A stretch of DNA of 64,000 bases from Candidatus Omnitrophota bacterium (GTDB lineage Bacteria; Omnitrophota; Gorgyraeia; Duberdicusellales; 4484-171): contig JBAWWL010000001.1 of assembly GCA_037146775.1 (NCBI GenBank), forward strand, positions 197,464-261,463. The letters run 5' to 3'. The translations under genes and the position numbers were made by a program. Numbering within the stretch: the stretch's first letter is position 1; every line of letters starts with the position of its first letter. The notes below the pieces were generated by a model. It was not told the DNA's origin. It worked only from the letters and a program-made list of their open reading frames with translations, and ran no database searches. Positions 29,330 through 37,974 of the stretch are shown piece by piece.

Positions 29330-30464
29330 TGAGGGTATAAAACTTGTACGTAGCCCGCGTTCCGTAGAGATCGCAATAACCAATACCTGCAATTTACGTT
29401 GCGCATACTGCAGCCATTTCACTAGCGCCGCTGATGTTCCTGGGGATGTTTCCCTCGAAGATTGGCTCTGTTTCTTCGAAGAATTAAACCGCTGTTCGGT
29501 ATTGAAAGTATGTTTGGATGGCGGGGAGCCGTTCCACAGAAAAGATATAATTCAGATTATCCAAGGTATCGTTGCCAACCGCATGCGTTTCTCTGTTTTA
29601 AGTAACGGTACTTTGCTGACTGACGAAATTGCTGCATTCTTGGCTTCAACGCGAAGATGTGATTTTATCCAAATTTCCCTGGACGGTTCTATTGCGACTA
29701 CGCATGATGCCCTGCGGGGTGAAGGCAGTTTTCGGAAAGCTCTCGCAGGCATCCAGGCGCTTCAGAAACACAACATACCGGTTGCGGTCCGCGTTACTAT
29801 CCATAAGCATAATTTGAATCAGCTTGAAGAACTTACGCATTTTTTATTAGAGGAAATAGGGCTGCGCAGTTTTAGTACCAATGCCGCCTCGTATATGGGT
29901 TTATGCCGCAAGAATTCCAGCCAAGTACAACTGACTGTCGGAGAGCGTTCCTTGGCAATGGAAAAACTTCTTACGCTTAGCAATAAGTATCCCAATCGTA
30001 TCAGTGCTATGGCAGGGCCTTTAGCCGAAGCGAAAGGTTGGCTTGAAATGGAAGAAGCCCGGCACACAAGAAAGGCTCAACCAGCCGGGCGAGGATATTT
30101 AACGGGCTGTGCAGGCCCGATGAGTAAAATTGCTCTTCGTCCCGACGGTGTCTTTGTTCCTTGTATTCTGTTGAGCCATATAGAACTAGGAAAGATGAAC
30201 AAAGATGATTTTCGAGCTATTTGGCAGTCTCATCCGGCGCTAAAAAGTTTACGCAGCCGGCATTTGATTCCGTTAAACGAATTCGCCTTTTGTAAAGATT
30301 GTCTTTATGTAGATTATTGTGCCGGCGGCTGTCCGGCCTTAAGCTATACTGTTGTGGGTAACATGAATCATCCCAATCCCGACACCTGTTTGCGCAAGTT
30401 TCTTGCGGAGGGCGGATATCTGCCGCGAAAAGGATTTTTGGAGGCTACGACAGTTGTATGTTAA
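29310..30464 (+). CDS. Radical SAM/SPASM peptide maturase (SynChlorMet ScmE-like)
   Basis: CNLRCAYC, GGEPF, SLDG...HD.LRG.GSF, SPASM cysteines GCAG..PC..CKDC...YCAGGCP...C. Confidence 0.9.
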   Translation: MNQLKTDEGIKLVRSPRSVEIAITNTCNLRCAYCSHFTSAADVPGDVSLEDWLCFFEELNRCSVLKVCLDGGEPFHRKDIIQIIQGIVANRMRFSVLSNGTLLTDEIAAFLASTRRCDFIQISLDGSIATTHDALRGEGSFRKALAGIQALQKHNIPVAVRVTIHKHNLNQLEELTHFLLEEIGLRSFSTNAASYMGLCRKNSSQVQLTVGERSLAMEKLLTLSNKYPNRISAMAGPLAEAKGWLEMEEARHTRKAQPAGRGYLTGCAGPMSKIALRPDGVFVPCILLSHIELGKMNKDDFRAIWQSHPALKSLRSRHLIPLNEFAFCKDCLYVDYCAGGCPALSYTVVGNMNHPNPDTCLRKFLAEGGYLPRKGFLEATTVVC

Positions 30465-31612
30465 CTGATGAGCGTATCGGTACGTCTGTTGATTCAGAGA
30501 AAAAACAAACCCCTCTCTTACGCTACTTGTATTTTTATCTTATTGATGGTTGTAACCTTAATTGCCGGCACTGCTGGATTAATCCCCGTTCCCAAGTTAG
30601 CCCTGGTGCTATACCCGGCGTGTTTCTTGATTTCGATCTTTTTAAGTCAATCGTGCAGCAAGCAAAACCTTTTGGCCTTAGGGGGATAAAACTGACCGGC
30701 GGAGAACCATTACTGCACCCCCGTATCGTGGACATACTGGCATTTTTGCAGAAAGAGGAATTTTCGGTGGTTCTGGAGACAAACGCGGTTCTCTGCAGCA
30801 CTGAGTTTGCCAAAAAGCTCAGCGCCCTAAAAAATATTTTTGTCAGCGTAAGCGTGGATGGTTCTTGCAGCCAGACTCACGACTGGATACGCCAGAGCGA
30901 GGGAAGTTTTGCGGCCGCCATAAAAGGGATCCAAACTTTTGTTTCCTCCGGCATACGGCCGCAAATTATCATGACGATTATGCGCCGCAATAAAGGCGAG
31001 ATCGAGCAGCTTATAAAAATGGCTGAAGGCCTAGGTATCGAATCGGTTAAATTCAATATTACCCAGCCTACTGCCCGGGCTACCACATTGCAGGAAAATG
31101 GCGAAACGCTTACTATCGCAGAGTTGGTGTCGTTGGGCACCTGGATTGAGCGCGAGCTTTCGAAAAAGACCTCTTTACGTATTGTATATAGCCATCCTCC
31201 TGCGTTCCAGCCGCTTGGCAAATTGTATGCAACTACAAAAGATTTCTGTGGTGCCTGCGGGGTCTTGAATATCCTGGGAGTGCTTGCCAACGGTTCCTAC
31301 GCTCTATGCGGTATTGGACAGACGGTCCCTGAATTGGTGTTTGGCCATGCAGCCTCTGACAGGCTTATTGATGTGTGGCAGCATAACGCCGCGCTTACGG
31401 CATTGCGGCAAGGGTTACCGCATAAACTTGAAGGTATTTGTCAGGCTTGTTTAATGAAAAGCCGTTGCCGCGGCCATTGTATTGCCGAAAACTTCTCCAT
31501 GCACAAAAATTTGTGGGCAGGGTACTGGTATTGTGAAGCAGCATACCAACAAGGCCTTTTCCCTTTAAGCCGATTATCCCCAAAACATAAAAACGTTAGT
31601 GTGAGTAATTAA
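30458..31612 (+). CDS. Radical SAM/SPASM peptide maturase (SynChlorMet ScmF-like)
   Basis: LYFYL..GCNLNCRHC, KLTGGEPLLHP, CG...ILGVL..G.YALCGIG, CQAC...CRGHC.A. Confidence 0.9.
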   Translation: MLTDERIGTSVDSEKKQTPLLRYLYFYLIDGCNLNCRHCWINPRSQVSPGAIPGVFLDFDLFKSIVQQAKPFGLRGIKLTGGEPLLHPRIVDILAFLQKEEFSVVLETNAVLCSTEFAKKLSALKNIFVSVSVDGSCSQTHDWIRQSEGSFAAAIKGIQTFVSSGIRPQIIMTIMRRNKGEIEQLIKMAEGLGIESVKFNITQPTARATTLQENGETLTIAELVSLGTWIERELSKKTSLRIVYSHPPAFQPLGKLYATTKDFCGACGVLNILGVLANGSYALCGIGQTVPELVFGHAASDRLIDVWQHNAALTALRQGLPHKLEGICQACLMKSRCRGHCIAENFSMHKNLWAGYWYCEAAYQQGLFPLSRLSPKHKNVSVSN

Positions 31613-31621
31613 GGAGGAGAT

Positions 31622-31846
31622 ATGCCCAAAAAAATCAAATGGACCAAACCACTCTTGAGGCCGGTAGATGGGTTAAAGAATGTTAGAGAAGGGGTGTCCT
31701 TGTCGTGTAATGATGGTAGTTCTGATGCGACCTCATGTAGCATGGGCAATAGCTTTTCTGGTGGTGACTGTACATCTTATGGCTCGAGCTATACTCCTCC
31801 GGTTTGCCCTGGCTATGGCTCTAGCTATTATTGCCCTATGGGTTGA
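31622..31846 (+). CDS. Putative RiPP precursor peptide, 74 aa, Cys/Ser/Gly/Tyr-rich repeat core
   Basis: RBS AAGGAGG at 31611; leader WTKPLL; five Cys in CxxG/CxxYG units; between the radical SAM genes and the kinase. Confidence 0.85.
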   Translation: MPKKIKWTKPLLRPVDGLKNVREGVSLSCNDGSSDATSCSMGNSFSGGDCTSYGSSYTPPVCPGYGSSYYCPMG

Positions 31847-31893
31847 TGGTTTGTCAAATTCAGTAGTAGAATATTTTAGTAGATACCATAAGT

Positions 31894-32805
31894 ATGGTTA
31901 CGCCCGTCTATACATTGTTCTTGGAAGAGGAACTAAAGTGGTATATAACCGCTACCGAAGACGCATCTTCCTGGATGCATAAATTTGCCGCTATCATGCA
32001 GCTAGAACCTTCTTCTACGAACAGGTTTTCGAAGCTTATTTTTACTACTCTGCAGGTAGACCAGAAATTATCTTCCGCATTAGCCCGCACCCTGCATGAT
32101 TGTTCCGGCGATATCTTCCCTCCACAAGACTGGTGGTTTGAGGATTTAGGCTTGGTTAAGTTTTGGCGTAACCAACATAGCGAGCACATTATTTGTCAGC
32201 TTTCCGGCCAGTCTATATATGAGGTTGATATCAACAAAATGTCCTTATCTCTTCATGTTATCTATCAAAAAGCCATAGAAAAAGAAGGCTTGCCCTTACA
32301 TGCCGGTCTAGTAGAAAAAGAAGAGATGGGTGTAGTACTGGCAGCGCCTGGTTCTACCGGTAAATCAACCTGTTGTCGCCGCATTCCTTTTCCTTGGCAC
32401 GCTTTATGCGATGATGAAACGTTGCTGGTGCGTGATGTCCAAGGAAGTTTCTACGCACACCCTTTTCCGACTTGGAGCGAGTATCTTTGTAAGCGTTCCG
32501 AGCGGACATGGAATGTAGAAAGAAGGATTCCTTTGTCGGCAATATTTTTTTTAGCCCAATCAGAGACCGAGGAGTTAGCGGCTATAACTCAGGCGGAATC
32601 GGCAGCATTTCTCCACCAGCTGTCTTTACAAATTTACGGACGCGGCTTAAAACGGCTCAAAGCCAGCGAAGGAAAGAAACAATCCCGCTGTTTGTTTGAT
32701 AATGCCTGTCAGCTGGCCAAATCTTTACCGGCATATATGTTGCGTGTCAGCCGGGAGGGTAGATTCTGGGAGAAAATGGAGGAAGCTCTTGAAAGAGTCT
32801 GTTGA
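31894..32805 (+). CDS. HPr-kinase-like P-loop protein (SynChlorMet ScmC-like)
   Basis: GLPLHAGLV, AAPGSTGKST, LCDDETL, AHPFPTWS. Confidence 0.85.
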   Translation: MVTPVYTLFLEEELKWYITATEDASSWMHKFAAIMQLEPSSTNRFSKLIFTTLQVDQKLSSALARTLHDCSGDIFPPQDWWFEDLGLVKFWRNQHSEHIICQLSGQSIYEVDINKMSLSLHVIYQKAIEKEGLPLHAGLVEKEEMGVVLAAPGSTGKSTCCRRIPFPWHALCDDETLLVRDVQGSFYAHPFPTWSEYLCKRSERTWNVERRIPLSAIFFLAQSETEELAAITQAESAAFLHQLSLQIYGRGLKRLKASEGKKQSRCLFDNACQLAKSLPAYMLRVSREGRFWEKMEEALERVC

Positions 32806-33394
32806 CGTTAATTTTGCTTATTTTGGTGCAGGCCCCAGCATGAAGCCTACGATATGTGCGCATGACCTTCTTTCTGTTTTTGCGTACAACGAGAGAAAAA
32901 TTATCCGCGGCGATGTGGTGGTTTTTATATCTCCCTTGAATGGCCGAAAAATTGCTCACCGGGTTATTTGCGCCGGAAAGCAGCATATCAGGACTAAGGG
33001 TGACCACAATCGCTATGTGGATCCCTGGTTGCTTACCCCGCAGGATATTATTGGTCAGGTAGCCTATGTACAAAGAGGAAAAAAGAGAATTCGTATTTAT
33101 GGTGCAGTGCTGGGAGAGCTTTATGTAACCAAGATAAAAATAATGTGTTTTGTGCGCAAAAGCGCATCTTTTATTTTTGGTATGTGTTACCGTTATATAG
33201 CCCAAAAAAGTCTGTTCTACCGTTTGAGTAAATTTTTTCTTAAACCGCGGCTGGTGGTATTTAACCGGCCTGGAGGAGAAGACCTGCAGTTGGTGCTCGG
33301 CCATAGCTTTGTCGTTGGCCGCCGTATGCCCGGAAAAAACACATGGCATATCCGCCGGCCGTTTCGTCTTCTGGTAGATAAAGCATTCCAGTAA
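32789..33394 (+). CDS. S24/S26 (signal peptidase I-like) peptidase; start probably TTG 32789
   Basis: GPSMKPTI, GDVVVF, AHRVI, TKGD.N..DP; GGAGG at 32778-32782. Confidence 0.82.
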   Translation: MKESVDVNFAYFGAGPSMKPTICAHDLLSVFAYNERKIIRGDVVVFISPLNGRKIAHRVICAGKQHIRTKGDHNRYVDPWLLTPQDIIGQVAYVQRGKKRIRIYGAVLGELYVTKIKIMCFVRKSASFIFGMCYRYIAQKSLFYRLSKFFLKPRLVVFNRPGGEDLQLVLGHSFVVGRRMPGKNTWHIRRPFRLLVDKAFQ

Positions 33395-33456
33395 TTTTGT
33401 AACAAGGCTTTCCTTCTCGCCCGGCATTTCTTTATGTCATCTTTTTTCCAAAACAC

Positions 33457-34653
33457 ATGAGCGTAATGCATAAAAGAATTACCTGGTTAGTCTGTGGTAA
33501 TTTTAACGGTTATCTCGATGACGGCGGCACCAACAGTACGTTGACGTTGTTGCGGGAATTACAGAAAAGAGGCGCTTCCTGCAGTGTGCAAGTTTTTCTT
33601 GGCTTGGGAAGTGTTGCGTCTCTGACGGCGTATGTTGCAAGAGTGAGAGATTTTGCCCACAGTGGCAGGATCATAATAAAAAAAGGCTACGTATCGTTTT
33701 ACGTAAAAAATATTCTTATTGAAGCACGCATCGTCAAGGAGAATATTTTTAAGCTGTATCATACGCGTGACGAAAAAGCGTTACGTGCCCTCACGCTCCA
33801 CATAAAAGCAATACTACGAATGACGCGGCCGGATATTATTATTACCAGCCAGGAAGATATTTTTTCTTTACGGGCGGCCGATGAATCAGGGATTCCTTGT
33901 TGCCATATTTTTTCGTCCGCGTGTTTTAAATTCCTCGATACGTTCAATATATACAAAAATGAATTCCGCGCATGCTTGGCAAAAACACTGGTAGTTACGT
34001 GTTCTTGTTTTCTAAAAAGAGATATAAGGAATATCTGGAATAAAAGAGCAATTTTATTACCGGCGCTGATTGACCGTATTTCATGCGTGGCCAAGAAGAG
34101 AAACCCGCGTTACATAACTTTCGTCAACTGTCATCCTCATAAGGGGGCAGTGATATTCTGGAATATAGCCAGAAAATTGCCGCATAAAAGATTTTTGGTA
34201 ATCGATAACCACGGATTTTTTCCGCTTAAGTCACCTCTGAAAAATGTCACTGTATTGCGTCGGCAATCAGACATGAAAAAAGTCTACCGGCTTACAAAAA
34301 TATTGCTTTTTCCCTCTCTTGTGGAGGAAAGCTATGGCATGGTTCTCGTTGAGGCGATGGCGAACGGTATTCCGGTTATCGCTAATCGCATAGAAGGCAT
34401 AAAAAATACTTTGCAAAAGGCAGGATTCCTTGTAGATATCAATCAAAGAGATAAAGATAAGAAAGATTATTTTTATAATTCCCTCTACCACATGAAAACA
34501 TATCAACAGTATGTGGCGTTAATTACCATGTTAGATTCCGATAGTGCGGTGTATAATAAAGCTTCGAAAAAAGCTCTGCAGGAAGCAGAAAGGATTATGA
34601 GCAGGCAGCGTCAAGCATTGGAGGGTTTCGCGGATCTTATCGCAAAGCGATAA
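33457..34653 (+). CDS. Glycosyltransferase family 4
   Basis: HKG, LFPSLVEESYGMVLVEAMANGIPVIA GT-B motif. Confidence 0.88.
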   Translation: MSVMHKRITWLVCGNFNGYLDDGGTNSTLTLLRELQKRGASCSVQVFLGLGSVASLTAYVARVRDFAHSGRIIIKKGYVSFYVKNILIEARIVKENIFKLYHTRDEKALRALTLHIKAILRMTRPDIIITSQEDIFSLRAADESGIPCCHIFSSACFKFLDTFNIYKNEFRACLAKTLVVTCSCFLKRDIRNIWNKRAILLPALIDRISCVAKKRNPRYITFVNCHPHKGAVIFWNIARKLPHKRFLVIDNHGFFPLKSPLKNVTVLRRQSDMKKVYRLTKILLFPSLVEESYGMVLVEAMANGIPVIANRIEGIKNTLQKAGFLVDINQRDKDKKDYFYNSLYHMKTYQQYVALITMLDSDSAVYNKASKKALQEAERIMSRQRQALEGFADLIAKR

Positions 34654-34717
34654 GGTTCTCTAACGTTGGCGTAGGCGTGAGTATGTGTACAGGGTGTAAA
34701 ATGTTTTTCGTTAACTG

Positions 34718-36451
34718 ATGAAAATAAGAAATATAGTCTGGCGTCGTTTTCTCCCGTATTTATACAGGTATCGGAAGCTACAGGTTGCTGTTATGGTTTT
34801 AAGCCTCCTGGCTATTCCGCTTGCCCTTTTGAGCCCTTACCTTGCGAAGCTGGTTATCGACAAGGCGTATATGGGCAAAGACCTGGCGTTATTTTTTATT
34901 CTTGCGGTAATAGGCGGTTTGGTCTTTGTGGTTACTGCTCTTATAAGCTCTTTGAATGATTATCTTTTAATGCGTATGAACCGCCGGGTTTGTTTTGATA
35001 TGGGAAGGGATATCTTCAGGCATCTCCAGAATCTGTCTTTAAGCTTTTTTGACACCAAGTCAGCCAGTGAACACATATATAAAATACATAATGATGTAAA
35101 TATCGTAAGTGCTTTTCTTTGTAACGCGTTGCCTCAAGGTGTCACCCTTGTCGTGCGATTTTTATGTATCTTCATCGTGGTGTTGCATCTTAACTGGAAA
35201 CTCGCTCTTTTTGCATTTTTTATGATTCCTGTAAGCTTCATCCACCCCTGTTTTTTCCGCAAACTGTTAAAAGAATCGACTACCGGAATGATAGAGAAAT
35301 CTCAAAGAATGTTCAGGTATCTTTGTGAAGTTTTTAGCCACACGCATCTGGTAAAAGCTTTTGGCAAAGAGGAATGCGAGACGCATCGGTTTGAGGTTGT
35401 TTCTCTGGAAAGATTCAACGTGGAGGCTACGCGCGATAAGTTGTTGAGTATAAGCGCTTTTTCCGGTTCTGTCCTAAACAAAATTATCAATGGCTTTATT
35501 GCCCTATATGGAGGGTATCAGGTTATTACCGGCGCTATGACGCTTGGTAGTTTCAGCGCGATAATGATTTATTCAGCCCAGCTTACAGGGCTTTCCAAAT
35601 TATTAGCCAAATTTTACGAAAATATCGCCATTAATTCGGTTTCTGTAGAGCGGTTGATTGAAATTTTAGATACCAAGCCAAAGATCGCAAACAAGAAAGA
35701 CGCTTTAGATTATCAAATCTTAAAGGGGAGTATCGACTTTAAAGACGTCTCTTTTGGGTATAAGGAAAACAGTTTTGTTTTGAAAAGTATGAATTTTGAA
35801 ATTACTCCTGGCTCGAAAATTGCCATTACCGGCCCTTCGGGGTGCGGGAAAACCACTTTGCTCTCGCTTATGTTAAGGATATATGACGTTAAAGACGGGG
35901 CTGTTTTGATCGATGGAATGGACATCAGGGATATGAGAATAGAGGCGCTTACGTCGCAAGTCGCCATAGTACTCCAGGAGCCTTTTTTATGGAACGATAC
36001 CATAGCGTGTAATATTCTGTATGGTATGGAGGGTGCCACTCAAAAGCAGATGGTTGAAGCGGCAAAAATTGCCGAGATACACGAGTTTATCGTGAGCCTT
36101 GAATGCGGTTACGATAGCGAAATCGGTGAAATGGCTTGTTTGCTTTCCGAAGGCCAAAAACAGCGTCTGGCCATTGCGCGTGCTGTTATAAAACGGCCGG
36201 CTGTCCTGCTTTTTGACGAAGCCTTTTCTTCTATAGATTCCGAAACCGAAAACAAAATCATAGATAATATTAATGGGCATCTTGCGGGTACCACTGTTAT
36301 AGTTGTTTCCCATAGAATTTCTACTATAAAAAGAATGGATGCGGTTTATTTCTTTGAGGGCCATTCCCATCTTGTGCGAAGTGCTCATTCCGAGCTTGTA
36401 AAAAGCAACGCGGCGTACAAGGAATTATTTACCGGTCAGCACGCCTCGTAA
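34718..36451 (+). CDS. ABC exporter, fused permease/ATPase, no C39 peptidase domain
   Basis: Multi-TM N-terminal domain, GPSGCGKTT, LSEGQKQR, FDEAFSSID, SHR. Confidence 0.93.
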   Translation: MKIRNIVWRRFLPYLYRYRKLQVAVMVLSLLAIPLALLSPYLAKLVIDKAYMGKDLALFFILAVIGGLVFVVTALISSLNDYLLMRMNRRVCFDMGRDIFRHLQNLSLSFFDTKSASEHIYKIHNDVNIVSAFLCNALPQGVTLVVRFLCIFIVVLHLNWKLALFAFFMIPVSFIHPCFFRKLLKESTTGMIEKSQRMFRYLCEVFSHTHLVKAFGKEECETHRFEVVSLERFNVEATRDKLLSISAFSGSVLNKIINGFIALYGGYQVITGAMTLGSFSAIMIYSAQLTGLSKLLAKFYENIAINSVSVERLIEILDTKPKIANKKDALDYQILKGSIDFKDVSFGYKENSFVLKSMNFEITPGSKIAITGPSGCGKTTLLSLMLRIYDVKDGAVLIDGMDIRDMRIEALTSQVAIVLQEPFLWNDTIACNILYGMEGATQKQMVEAAKIAEIHEFIVSLECGYDSEIGEMACLLSEGQKQRLAIARAVIKRPAVLLFDEAFSSIDSETENKIIDNINGHLAGTTVIVVSHRISTIKRMDAVYFFEGHSHLVRSAHSELVKSNAAYKELFTGQHAS

Positions 36452-36512
36452 CGGAAGGTTGTCGCTGGTTGTCTGTGCTACCGTTCTGTTGTTCCGGAGG
36501 ATGAATTAGCTT

Positions 36513-37685
36513 ATGACGTACATGAAAAGATCGCAAACCATACCGGCTCAATATAGCGCACACATGGTCAATGCCGAAAAGTTTGTGGTGCTGTGCGTGC
36601 AGTATAATGGCGATGAATCTTTGCGGGAACAGGCAATGGCGTTCATCGCCGAGGGGATTGACTGGGAATATTTTGTTGATATTAGCGTAGCGCAAAAGAT
36701 TGCCGTCATGGTATATAACGTAATATACAAGATCGTACCACCCGAATGTATTCCTTGCTTTGTTTTTGACGCGCTGCGCAACGCATACCTTTATATAGTA
36801 TCGAAAACGCTTCTAAAACATACAGAGACCCTAAAGCTTTTAAGATTGTGTGCTCAGGCGCAAGTAAAGGTCGTGCCGCTTAAAGGGACTATTTTGGCGA
36901 AACGTCTGTACGGCCAAGTGCACCTGCGTGACTTAAGTTCGGATATTGATTTATTTATCGAAGAAAAAGATAAATTATGCGCGAGAGATATACTTGCCAG
37001 AGAAGGGTATGTTTTGCGTTTACGGGGTAACGACGATTATTCCGGGTATAATGAGTTTATGAAAGCAGGTTTTGGCAGTATTGACTTACAATGGAAGATA
37101 GTCGAGACTATTGATTGCAGCCGTTCCAGGCTAGAAGGTTTTTGGAGAGCCGTACAAAAAACGGAGGAGGAAGACATAACTTTTAGTGTGTTTCAAACGG
37201 AAGAATTATTGTTGTATCTTTGCGCCCACAGCATGAGCAAACATTGTTTCGGCCAGTTACGGCATATCTGCGATATACATCAGCTTTTGGTAGTGGAGCA
37301 TGCAGCGATCGACTGGAACCGCATCGTTGCGAAGGCAAAAGAATGGAATCTTTTAACTTCCTTGTATTGCGCGCTGTCGATGCGGCAATACTTTTTTAAA
37401 ATTTCTGTTGCGCCCGAAATAAAGAAAGTTTTAAAAATATCAAGGTTCAAGATTATGTTGCTAAAAGTATTTACGGATGAATTGGTCTTCTTCCGGCGGC
37501 AAAGCTTCCGGCGGCGCTTGGTAGACAGGTTTCTGGGTTTCGTTTTTTTTAGATTCGTTGAGGCGCGCAGCTTGAGAGATTACTTCTTTTTTGTTTTTCC
37601 TCCCAGGGAAGCGCTGCAAAGTAAAAGTTATCTTACCATGTTTTGGCGAGGATTGGGAAAGCTTACTTCGGTATTTGCACGATAA
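36513..37685 (+). CDS. Nucleotidyltransferase family protein (NTP_transf_5-like, RiPP-associated)
   Basis: PLKG..LA..LYG...R..SDIDLF, IDLQW, LLYLCAH..KH, LRHICDI, IDW. Confidence 0.85.
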   Translation: MTYMKRSQTIPAQYSAHMVNAEKFVVLCVQYNGDESLREQAMAFIAEGIDWEYFVDISVAQKIAVMVYNVIYKIVPPECIPCFVFDALRNAYLYIVSKTLLKHTETLKLLRLCAQAQVKVVPLKGTILAKRLYGQVHLRDLSSDIDLFIEEKDKLCARDILAREGYVLRLRGNDDYSGYNEFMKAGFGSIDLQWKIVETIDCSRSRLEGFWRAVQKTEEEDITFSVFQTEELLLYLCAHSMSKHCFGQLRHICDIHQLLVVEHAAIDWNRIVAKAKEWNLLTSLYCALSMRQYFFKISVAPEIKKVLKISRFKIMLLKVFTDELVFFRRQSFRRRLVDRFLGFVFFRFVEARSLRDYFFFVFPPREALQSKSYLTMFWRGLGKLTSVFAR

Positions 37686-37719
37686 TAACTTTTAAATATG
37701 GTGTATATATTATACAGGT

Positions 37720-37761
37720 AGTATTGAGTCGTGAGTATTGAGTATATAGTAGATAGTGAAG
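37720..37761. repeat. Six tandem 7-bp units beginning AGT
   Basis: agtattg-agtcgtg-agtattg-agtatat-agtagat-agtgaag. Confidence 0.6.
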
Positions 37762-37790
37762 ACAAAGGGAAATGGCAGCTATAATCAATT

Positions 37791-37937
37791 ACTATATTTT
37801 AGTATATTCTAATATACCTTATAATAGTTTAGTATATCTTAATGTGTCAATTAAATCTAAAACATATTGACAGAATTAATTTTAGTGAGTATACTTTAAT
37901 ATGTGTTGATATACTTTAATATAGTTTAGTAATGTCT
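37791..37937. repeat. Two arrays of 10-bp phased direct repeats (consensus about ARTATAYYTT); candidate operator
   Basis: actatatttt-agtatattct-aatatacctt-ataatagttt-agtatatctt (37791-37840) and agtatacttt-aatatgtgtt-gatatacttt-aatatagttt (37888-37927). Confidence 0.75.
37867..37895 (+). promoter_or_regulatory. Sigma70 promoter of the polysaccharide locus
   Basis: TTGACA (37867-37872), 17 nt, TATACT (37890-37895). Confidence 0.8.
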
Positions 37938-37974
37938 CGGGGCAGTGAGTAATTTTTGTTAAAAGATTTTACAA

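Noticed and set aside
29039-31612. PQQ, mycofactocin or lasso peptide biosynthesis
   Set aside because: No PqqB/PqqC, no ExxxY or MftA-type core, no lasso cyclase or transglutaminase-like B protein
31680-31982. Alternative 100-aa hydrophobic ORF overlapping the precursor
   Set aside because: No clear RBS, overlaps two better-supported genes; shadow frame of the repeat-rich peptide
32747-33427. Long antisense ORFs (this 226-aa one, also 13738-14268 and 11210-11701)
   Set aside because: Lie opposite well-supported genes and show no recognisable motifs
37720-37937. Possible CRISPR array or replication origin in the AT-rich repeat region
   Set aside because: Units are 7-10 bp, tandem and without unique spacers; no cas genes and no clear DnaA-box cluster seen
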